Assembly (NCBI GenBank): GCA_963796635.1
Contig: CAWCMH010000001.1
Location: 2,660,209 to 2,724,208 of the forward strand
Direction of reading: 5' to 3'
Length of the DNA stretch: 64,000 nucleotides
Source: an uncultured Gemmatimonadales bacterium
GTDB taxonomy: Bacteria; Gemmatimonadota; Gemmatimonadetes; Gemmatimonadales; GWC2-71-9
A model generated the notes under the pieces. The model was not told where the DNA came from. It saw only the letters and a program-made list of their open reading frames with translations, and did not search any database. Numbering within the stretch: the first letter of the stretch is position 1; every line of letters starts with the position of its first letter. Positions 29,069 through 35,838 of this stretch are shown here, piece after piece. The position numbers were made by a program, and so were the translations under genes.

Positions 29069-29784
29069 GCATCACGTCCCGTACACGCTTGCGCGGTGTC
29101 GCGCAGGGCATACGTCGGCGGCTCGTCGGGGCCGTGATACTGCACGACCCCATTCCGCCGCAGCGCTTCCGATTCCCCGTCCGCCTCGGCGCGCACGCGC
29201 GCGAGATACGGATCAACCCACGGGCCGGTGTACCGCGGCACTGTGACGGGATCATTGCGACGCGGTGGTGACACTGGCGGCTCCGGTCCCCACGGATACT
29301 GCAGCGGCGCGTGTGGCCGCCGCCAACTCGATGGCACCGAGCGCCGCAAGGGGGGCCGGCCCCAGCCGGGGAGCTCGAGACCAGTGGCGAGGCGGTGCGC
29401 GTCGGGTGTCTTCGCTGTCGCGCTCGGCGCGGAGTGTTCGACCGGATCCTTCGGTCGCCGCCGCCCGATGCGGAAGCCCACCGCGCCGGTTTCCAGTGCC
29501 AGATGCAGCGTACGCAGCTGCTTCAGGACCTTGGCCAGCGCGTCGACATCCAGATGTGCATACGCCGCGACGCCGTCCCGCTCCAGGGCCGCGCCCACCT
29601 GCTGCGCGGCCCAGGTCGCGGGGAGGGCTTCCACCAACCGCGCTGCGCCCGCGTGTGCAACTGCCAGGCACGAGTGAGGCGGGCGGGGTCGTGATTGTTG
29701 GTCATCGCAAATCCCGTGTCTAATCCCGAACGGCGCGGATGTCGCCGTTCGGGTAGCTTGATCTGGTTCCGCTACGCTGGCCAC
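29017..29784 (-). CDS. PGWGRP-motif module protein, paralog 1 (probably degenerating)
   Basis: The C-terminal GLELPGWGRPPLRRSVPSSWRRPHAPLQYPWGPEPPVSPPRRNDPVTVPRYTGPWVDPYLARVRAEADGESEALRRNGVVQYHGPDEPPTYALRD is conserved with the other two paralogs. Where the paralogs have a stop codon (TAA in the 33983 copy) this copy has CAA, giving a read-through tail. A paralog-like N-terminus (MTNNHDPARL, from 29705) sits in another frame. Confidence 0.45.
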   Translation of the reverse strand: MASVAEPDQATRTATSAPFGIRHGICDDQQSRPRPPHSCLAVAHAGAARLVEALPATWAAQQVGAALERDGVAAYAHLDVDALAKVLKQLRTLHLALETGAVGFRIGRRRPKDPVEHSAPSATAKTPDAHRLATGLELPGWGRPPLRRSVPSSWRRPHAPLQYPWGPEPPVSPPRRNDPVTVPRYTGPWVDPYLARVRAEADGESEALRRNGVVQYHGPDEPPTYALRDTAQACTGRDACRTPPPRCRSVPLRAT

Positions 29785-29805
29785 ATGGCTGCGCCGCCAC
29801 GCTGT

Positions 29806-30327
29806 TCAGTCCCACAGCAGCAGCAACGAACTGCTTGCGAGTGGATCGCCGTGTTGATCGAACAGGGTAATTCGGACGCCGGTGGGTGCCTTCACGTCGG
29901 GTACGGCGTACCGAGCGAATAACGCTCCTGGCGACAATACCGCTACGACGTACCCACCAGCCCAACGGGCCAGATTCTCAATGGACAAGGTGCGCTCGCT
30001 GACGGTGACGTAGCTCCCGGGACGGTTATCGCCACCGCCCCCTGCTTCCTTCGGGATAGGCGAAACGAATACCTCTTCACGAACTCTACCAACGAATCGG
30101 CTTGGTAATCCGAACGCAGCTACCTGGACAGTATCCGAATCATCGTTTTGCGACCATTCCGAATCGGGTGGCGGGTTGACCTCGTGTTGCCCTAGGAGCA
30201 GTCGAGGAAAAAACTGCACCATAACGTGTTCCGGATAACCGGCCCGCGATCCAATCGGTGCGCGTGTGCGTTCACAGGACGCTCCGCTAGACACGCAGGC
30301 GATGAGCAAGAGGATGCGATATTTCAT
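29806..30327 (-). CDS. Lipoprotein, putative immunity protein for the orphan LAS/M15-like toxin
   Basis: MKYRILLLIACVSSG lipobox. Its ATG overlaps the toxin stop (ATGA at 30324-30327). Visibly more A/T-rich than the flanks. Confidence 0.6.
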   Translation of the reverse strand: MKYRILLLIACVSSGASCERTRAPIGSRAGYPEHVMVQFFPRLLLGQHEVNPPPDSEWSQNDDSDTVQVAAFGLPSRFVGRVREEVFVSPIPKEAGGGGDNRPGSYVTVSERTLSIENLARWAGGYVVAVLSPGALFARYAVPDVKAPTGVRITLFDQHGDPLASSSLLLLWD

Positions 30328-31475
30328 GGCCACGCCAAGTGAATGTGATTCATGTGTTCGGCACGCAGCGGGTTGTTGACGATCGGCAGCGGACCTCGAC
30401 CGTTTTCGTATTTTCCAGCAGGACCCAGGTCTCCCCCGACCGCACGAAGTCCGCCCAGAGAATTGGCGACGGCTTGGACTCGTCCCGCGATTGCACCCAT
30501 GCCGGGGTTCGTGTGCCGGCCGTTGCCAATGTCCCTGCCGTTAATCCAACCGATGTCGGCTGCTAGCCCTTGCGCGTGGGCGCTCGACAGATGATGACCG
30601 TTTGTGGTCGCGTTTAGACCCAGATCGACATCGGCGGCGTCGGCAACTGCTTGCAAATGGGCCAACGTACTCCGTCGAAGCCCCGCGAGCGAAGCGCCTA
30701 ACACGCGGCCTTCAGGGCTGATCGTTACCTGACAGGCCCTCGGCTTGCCACTTGGATCTTCACAGGCCGCCAACCCCACCGGATCCCGGAAGCTATTGGG
30801 ATCATTCCCGTTGTACTCGTACAGATTGGTGCCGCCCGCCAGACCCGCGTGATCCTCCTGCAGCCAGCTCCCCGTGGCCGGATCATACTGCCGGGTTCGG
30901 AAACTCGAGATGGCACTCGTCGTATCCGTCGCCAGCCGGCGCGGGTCGAACGTCTGCGCCCGCTGCGTGATCCCGCTGGTCGCCCACGTGCCGCTCGCAT
31001 ACGTCGACGGGTTCTCGTACACATTGTTGTACGTCCCCGCCGAGTCCGCGATCGACACCAGCTGGCCCATCCCATCGGACACCAGCGACAATCGGGCCTG
31101 CGCCAGCTTCGTGTCGCCCACCCGCTTGATCGCCACCAGCGGCTCGTCGAGCCCGGGGGCGTACACGTAAAACCACCCCAGCTGCGGCGCCCGGATGGCG
31201 TCGTGGCCCAGGAGCGAGAACGGTGCGCCGCCGCAGCCCTGATACATCCGGCCGTCGGGATCGTAGCTGCAGCTGTTGGGCGCCGTGTTCAGGTTGTGCG
31301 TATAGCCCACCATCCGGCCGGCGCCGTCGTACTCGAACCCATTCACGTTCGTGAACGTGGCGTTGTAGTCGTCGCGCCGGGCACCATCGCGATCGTACTC
31401 GTAATACTGCGACGCCGTGCCGGCACCGACCAGCGTCCCGAGATCCGGTGATTCGCGCCACGGCGTACCTGTCAC
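30324..31475 (-). CDS. Orphan RHS C-terminal fragment (core tip + LAS/peptidase-M15-like toxin domain)
   Basis: Residues from TLVGAGT to [10 protein letters not shown] are near-identical to the main RHS protein. After DPVG a unique domain carries SAHAQGLAAD (SxHxxGxAxD) and EHMNHIHLAW (HxH), as in LAS-fold peptidoglycan peptidases. Confidence 0.8.
   Translation of the reverse strand: MTGTPWRESPDLGTLVGAGTASQYYEYDRDGARRDDYNATFTNVNGFEYDGAGRMVGYTHNLNTAPNSCSYDPDGRMYQGCGGAPFSLLGHDAIRAPQLGWFYVYAPGLDEPLVAIKRVGDTKLAQARLSLVSDGMGQLVSIADSAGTYNNVYENPSTYASGTWATSGITQRAQTFDPRRLATDTTSAISSFRTRQYDPATGSWLQEDHAGLAGGTNLYEYNGNDPNSFRDPVGLAACEDPSGKPRACQVTISPEGRVLGASLAGLRRSTLAHLQAVADAADVDLGLNATTNGHHLSSAHAQGLAADIGWINGRDIGNGRHTNPGMGAIAGRVQAVANSLGGLRAVGGDLGPAGKYENGRGPLPIVNNPLRAEHMNHIHLAWP
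30774..31437. repeat. rhs core-tip repeat (copy in orphan 1), 664 bp near-identical to 36304-36967
   Basis: Direct reading of the aligned sequence. Identity starts at ccccaccggatcccggaagc (the DPVG codons) and ends at caccgaccagcgtc. Confidence 0.9.
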
Positions 31476-31759
31476 CCCGTCTCGATCACCCGCGCGATGG
31501 CCGCCACTACCTGCACGACGTCACCCGCCTGGTACGACCACGTCGCTGTCCGATGCGGCATCCGCACCTCGACATGCTCCGTGTACACGGCGACCACGGT
31601 GTCATCGAGTTCCAGTTCGATCACCGTCTCCGCGGGCCGCACCGGCGCCGCCAGTCGACGCACGAGCCGGCACGTGACGCCAATCCCCTCGGCCCGGCAC
31701 CACGCCATCACATCGCGCGCGATGGCGCGCTGCGACAACGTGGCGGCGTCGTCCAGCAT
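31472..31759 (-). CDS. 95-aa module protein (unknown function), copy A
   Basis: High GC3. Differs from the copy at 33663-33950 at only a few residues. Its stop overlaps the orphan rhs GTG start (GTGA). Confidence 0.65.
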   Translation of the reverse strand: MLDDAATLSQRAIARDVMAWCRAEGIGVTCRLVRRLAAPVRPAETVIELELDDTVVAVYTEHVEVRMPHRTATWSYQAGDVVQVVAAIARVIETG

Positions 31760-31779
31760 GCATCAAGTGCCGCGCACGC

Positions 31780-32355
31780 TTACACGTTGTCGCGCAGGGC
31801 ATACGTCGGCGGCGCATCCGGGCCGTGATACTGCACCTCGCCGTGCCGTCGCAGCGCTTCCAATTCCCCGTCCGCCTCGGCGCGCACGCGCGCGAGCCAG
31901 GGATCAACCCAGTACGGGCCCGTGTACCGCGGCACCGTGACAGGATCACTGCGACGCGGCGGTGAGACCGGTGGCTCTGGTCCCCACGGGTACCGCAGCG
32001 GCGCGTGCGGGCGCCGCCAACTCGATGGCACCGAGCGCCGCAAGGACGGCCGGCCCCAGCCGGGGAGACCGGGACCGGACGCCTGATGGTGCACGCGCGG
32101 TGCGGGCGCTGGCAGCGTCGCTGCCGCCAGCCCCGTGTTGATCTTCCCGTTGCGACCCACGCCGAGCGCGCGAGCCAGGCGGTCGACTTCGTGGAGCAAA
32201 CCTCGAAAGCCGGTGAAATCGTTGTGGGCGATGTATCCCGTCGCACGGCGGCGCCACGCCCGTTCCAGGGGCTGCACGGCGGCGAGCCGCGGCAACGCTT
32301 CCAGCAGCATGCGCAACCGGTCGTCGAGTTTCAGGATGTCGTAGTTGAAGGGCAT
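31780..32355 (-). CDS. PGWGRP-motif module protein, paralog 2 (full length, 191 aa)
   Basis: High GC3. Variable N-terminal half (..HEVDRLARALGVGRNGKINTGLAA..) and conserved Pro/Trp/Arg-rich C-terminal half. 20 nt upstream of the 95-aa gene. Confidence 0.6.
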   Translation of the reverse strand: MPFNYDILKLDDRLRMLLEALPRLAAVQPLERAWRRRATGYIAHNDFTGFRGLLHEVDRLARALGVGRNGKINTGLAAATLPAPAPRVHHQASGPGLPGWGRPSLRRSVPSSWRRPHAPLRYPWGPEPPVSPPRRSDPVTVPRYTGPYWVDPWLARVRAEADGELEALRRHGEVQYHGPDAPPTYALRDNV

Positions 32356-32588
32356 GGTTCACCTCGGTTTCTTCTCGAGATCAGTTGCACTCGGCACAGC
32401 AGCGCTGGCGGCGTTACCGCCGCCACCGCCGTGTTGGTGTGTCCATTGCGGCCCACGTCCGGCGTGCAGGCCGTTGCATCCACTTCCTCGGCAACGCGAG
32501 GAACTCTGCCTCGTCGCGCTGCCGTTCGTACGCCGTCACCCCCGGCCTCGTCATGCGATTCGCCGAGTCCACGCAGGCAGTGCATCAA
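32331..32588 (-). other. Diverged N-terminal fragment of a PGWGRP-family gene
   Basis: EEVDATACTPDVGRNGHTNTAVAA aligns with HEVDRLARALGVGRNGKINTGLAA of the full-length paralog. Lies between the DUF2283-like gene and paralog 2. Coding status is uncertain. Confidence 0.35.
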
Positions 32589-32824
32589 TGGAATTCCACC
32601 ATCCGGACGACGCCATCGCGGTCGACATCGAGGATGACCATGAGGCCGTTGACTGATTCGAATACCGTCGAGTTCAATCCAACATCGGCGGTCGTCGACA
32701 CAGCTCCCTCAGCGATTACAATTCGCAGCGAGACGTCGGCCGGCGTGCGCCCGTCAAAATCCGTTTGGTACCGTGGACTGGCTTCGACAAGCTTGATTAA
32801 ATCTTCGAGCAGGATTCTTGCCAT
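32585..32824 (-). CDS. DUF2283-like small protein, putative immunity/antitoxin for orphan 2
   Basis: 79 aa ending LMVILDVDRDGVVRMVEFH, like the DUF2283 C-terminal strand pair. GAGG lies 5 nt upstream of its ATG and 8 nt after the toxin stop. Confidence 0.65.
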   Translation of the reverse strand: MARILLEDLIKLVEASPRYQTDFDGRTPADVSLRIVIAEGAVSTTADVGLNSTVFESVNGLMVILDVDRDGVVRMVEFH

Positions 32825-32832
32825 GGCAACCT

Positions 32833-33666
32833 CTAAGGAATTGGAGTCCAGCGCGGAGCACCGTCGAACAACGTTTCCGGGATAAATGTCATCTTTATGC
32901 TGGTGACGACGTTCGTGCTGGTAGCGTCGGTCACCACGTAGAGATCCTTACCGCTGGCCATGCCACCGCGAATTACATGCGCGATAGTGCCAGGATGTTT
33001 CGCATCCATGTATTTCTCGCCAACCCGAATAGCAGCCTTGGACATATCGGCCGATATCCCACGCTCCGCGTTGTCGACGGCTTGATGTCGACTTATACTG
33101 ACTGCGGCGTCGGTCGCTTCAACGGCATCGCCCACGGCGGATGTCAAGAGGCCCACGGCCCCAGAAACCAAAACGAGGATAGGGTCGTTGCCAGCTGAAA
33201 CTGGCCTGATCTCTCCGGGATCAGGATGGATTACATGCTTTGCACAGTCTGGACAATCGTCAGGCTGCAGACCCACCGGATCCCGGAAGCTATTGGGATC
33301 ATTCCCGTTGTACTCGTACAGATTGGTGCCGCCCGCCAGACCCGCGTGATCCTCCTGCAGCCAGCTCCCCGTGGCCGGATCATACTGCCGGGTTCGGAAA
33401 CTCGAGATGGCACTCGTCGTATCCGTCGCCAGCCGGCGCGGGTCGAACGTCTGCGCCCGCTGCGTGATCCCGCTGGTCGCCCACGTGCCGCTCGCATACG
33501 TCGACGGGTTCTCGTACACATTGTTGTACGTCCCCGCCGAGTCCGCGATCGACACCAGCTGGCCCATCCCATCGGACACCAGCGACAATCGGGCCTGCGC
33601 CAGCTTCGTGTCGCCCACCCGCTTGATCGCCACCAGCGGTTCGTCGAGCCCGGGGGCGCCGATCAC
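32833..33666 (-). CDS. Orphan RHS C-terminal fragment (short core tip + DUF4258-like toxin domain)
   Basis: [16 protein letters not shown]...[10 protein letters not shown] is identical to the main RHS tip. The unique tail contains SRHQAVDNAERGISADMSKAAI...LYVVTDATSTNVVTS, resembling the DUF4258 pattern (H.A..R...RgIs...v). Confidence 0.75.
   Translation of the reverse strand: MIGAPGLDEPLVAIKRVGDTKLAQARLSLVSDGMGQLVSIADSAGTYNNVYENPSTYASGTWATSGITQRAQTFDPRRLATDTTSAISSFRTRQYDPATGSWLQEDHAGLAGGTNLYEYNGNDPNSFRDPVGLQPDDCPDCAKHVIHPDPGEIRPVSAGNDPILVLVSGAVGLLTSAVGDAVEATDAAVSISRHQAVDNAERGISADMSKAAIRVGEKYMDAKHPGTIAHVIRGGMASGKDLYVVTDATSTNVVTSIKMTFIPETLFDGAPRWTPIP
33272..33658. repeat. rhs core-tip repeat (copy in orphan 2), 387 bp near-identical to 36305-36691
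   Basis: Direct reading. Same DPVG-side boundary as the other copies; the upstream boundary is at cccgggggcg. Confidence 0.9.
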
Positions 33667-33950
33667 CCCGTCTCGATCACCCGCGCGATGGCCGCCACTA
33701 CCTGCACGACGTCACCCGCCTGGTACGACCACGTCGCTGTCCGATGCGGCATCCGCACGTCGACATGCTCCGTGTACACGGCGACCACCGTGTCATCAAG
33801 CGCGAGCTCGATCACCGTTTCCGCGGGCCGCACCGGCGCCGCCAGTCGACGCACGAGCCGGCACGTGACGCCAATCCCCTCGGCCCGGCACCACGCCATC
33901 ACATCGCGCGCGATGGCGCGCTGCGACAGCGTGGCGGCTTCGTCCAGCAT
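33663..33950 (-). CDS. 95-aa module protein (unknown function), copy B
   Basis: Near-identical to 31472-31759. Same GTGA overlap with the downstream orphan rhs fragment. Confidence 0.65.
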   Translation of the reverse strand: MLDEAATLSQRAIARDVMAWCRAEGIGVTCRLVRRLAAPVRPAETVIELALDDTVVAVYTEHVDVRMPHRTATWSYQAGDVVQVVAAIARVIETG

Positions 33951-33982
33951 GCATCACGTCCCGTGCACTGACCAGGTGCGTC

Positions 33983-34333
33983 TTACGCGGTGTCGCGCAG
34001 GGCATACGTCGGCGGCTCATCCGGGTGACACTGCACCTCGCCATGCCGTCGCAGCGCTTCCAATTCCCCGTCCGCCTCGGCGCGTACGCGCGCGAGCCAG
34101 GGATCAACGAAACCCGGCGGACCGCTCCCGCGGGACACACAGGGATCGCTGCGACGCGCTGGCGAAACCGGCGGTTCATTGCCCCAGGGATACTGGAGCG
34201 GTGGCGCCTCGCGCGGACCGCTGTCCATCACCCGCTTGTTTCGCGCGCCGGACCGGCCCCAGCCGGGAAGGCCGGGACCAGTGGCGAGCCGATCAACCGC
34301 CTCGCGAACCCCTGAATTTATTGGGCTCATCAT
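33983..34333 (-). CDS. PGWGRP-motif module protein, paralog 3 (C-terminal part only, 116 aa)
   Basis: DRLATGPGLPGWGRS...YPWGNEPPVSPARRSDP...FVDPWLARVRAEADGELEALRRHGEVQCHPDEPPTYALRDTA. Its ATG overlaps the stop of the 171-aa gene (ATGATGA). Confidence 0.5.
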   Translation of the reverse strand: MMSPINSGVREAVDRLATGPGLPGWGRSGARNKRVMDSGPREAPPLQYPWGNEPPVSPARRSDPCVSRGSGPPGFVDPWLARVRAEADGELEALRRHGEVQCHPDEPPTYALRDTA

Positions 34334-34845
34334 AAGAGATGATATTCATGTCGCCGGATCGCGCGCTGCCAAGCCGACTTACAATGCCGCAAGTCCGCGA
34401 ACGAAGCGGACGGCTGTATATCGCCAGCCCAGTGTTGCAACCCCGATCCCGATTCCACGTAGGCGACGTTCTTGAGGGCCTCGTAGCATAGTATCCCGAC
34501 AAGTACGCGTTGTCCGCCGATCGTAGCACGAGCTCGCACCGGCCTGTCCAAGCACTCCACCAACTCCCTGACAGCTCGATCTCCGAAGGGCGCGATCGTC
34601 CGAAAGAGGCGCCGGTTACCGTCGAAGCGCCATGTACGGGCCGGTTGCGGCACGAAGGTGCCTGTGAGGGTATCCAGTTGTCGGACCAGCCAAGTCAACG
34701 AGTCAAGTCGAGCGCGTTCGCCACCTCCACTCACGACAACGCGATGCTCAACTTGCAGGCCTACGGTCACTGGCACGGTCTGAGCCGCCGCGAACAGCGC
34801 GGCCCAGAGGCACAACGGCAATTGTGGCGTGCTCAAGATTAGCAT
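34330..34845 (-). CDS. Secreted 171-aa protein (signal peptide), possible second immunity protein
   Basis: MLILSTPQLPLCLWAALFAAAQT signal peptide. GAGGAG upstream of the ATG. A/T-richer than the genome. Sits between the N- and C-terminal parts of a PGWGRP-family gene. Confidence 0.55.
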   Translation of the reverse strand: MLILSTPQLPLCLWAALFAAAQTVPVTVGLQVEHRVVVSGGGERARLDSLTWLVRQLDTLTGTFVPQPARTWRFDGNRRLFRTIAPFGDRAVRELVECLDRPVRARATIGGQRVLVGILCYEALKNVAYVESGSGLQHWAGDIQPSASFADLRHCKSAWQRAIRRHEYHLL

Positions 34846-34857
34846 GTTCTCAACTCC

Positions 34858-35061
34858 TCAGTGACATGACATCACTGCATAGTGGACGTGACTCCGATGT
34901 TCTAACATCAGGTCGCGCAAACGCTGGTCCGCCGCCAGCCCTGTGTTGACCTTTCCATTGCGGCCCATGTCCAACGCGCGGGCCACCGACTCGACTTCTT
35001 CGGACGTGCCGTTCGTCGTGGTGCTTATCCCCCGTGTCGAAATCCGTTGCCATCGCGCCAC
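34858..35061 (-). other. N-terminal fragment of a PGWGRP-family gene (67-aa ORF)
   Basis: EEVESVARALDMGRNGKVNTGLAA aligns with paralog 2 residues around GRNGKINTGLAA, then diverges and stops. The 5' part is overlapped by the lipoprotein gene end. Confidence 0.35.
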
Positions 35062-35828
35062 TTCGCGCTTCCACTCGAGCTCTCATGAACCGGCGTACGC
35101 GCCGGTCGCATTCGGTCTGCACCCGCCAATTGCGCGGCCCTATGCTCTAGACCGTCGATTGCCTGTAGCATGTCGCCGTTACAGCGTGCAGCCGGTGTGT
35201 GTCCGGCGCGCAACGCTTGCGCCAGTGCATTTGCACTGGCGCGATATACTGTTGACAAGCTGTCGTAAAACCTCGCGCCGGCAGCGGCGTCTTGCGCAAA
35301 AGCTCCATCAGGACCTTGGAATAGCACACGCTCCCAAGTCAGGTGATATGCGTGTACGCAAGGAGCGGCGGCGGCGTCTCCGCGACATTCGCCCCGACCG
35401 ATCGCACCGGCCAAGTGCTCAATGATGTCAATTCGACCATCACGGTTGACGTCACGGAGCTCCGGGAGCGCGCATGTACCCAGACCGGACTCGTATCGCT
35501 TGCTAACAGAGTCATGCAGGTCCAGAAGCAGCTCGGCGCTCAGCATCTCCTCAAAGTCGACCGTAACCCAGAGATCGGGCAGCGAGTCGTTGTTGGCAAA
35601 CAAAAGGCGGGCCGACGGCACGACAATCGCGCTGCCAGTAGACCACAACAACAATCGTCTGGCCGGGCTTGAGCGAAACCATTCCAAACGTCGTTCGGGA
35701 GTCTGAGCCACAACCACAGTATCCTGGCCCAGAGCCGTGACGACTGTGCCAAGCGGCGTCTGATCCGATCGTGGCGACGGCCGTCCGCACCCGAGAATGA
35801 CGAGAGTTGCGGCCAGAATCGTTCTCAT
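35025..35828 (-). CDS. Lipoprotein, putative immunity protein for the M23-like RHS toxin
   Basis: MRTILAATLVILGCG lipobox from the ATG at 35828. TAGGAGAAAGCACATG gives a strong SD 10 nt after the RHS stop. A/T-richer than the genome. Confidence 0.65.
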   Translation of the reverse strand: MRTILAATLVILGCGRPSPRSDQTPLGTVVTALGQDTVVVAQTPERRLEWFRSSPARRLLLWSTGSAIVVPSARLLFANNDSLPDLWVTVDFEEMLSAELLLDLHDSVSKRYESGLGTCALPELRDVNRDGRIDIIEHLAGAIGRGECRGDAAAAPCVHAYHLTWERVLFQGPDGAFAQDAAAGARFYDSLSTVYRASANALAQALRAGHTPAARCNGDMLQAIDGLEHRAAQLAGADRMRPARTPVHESSSGSAKWRDGNGFRHGG

Positions 35829-35838
35829 GTGCTTTCTC

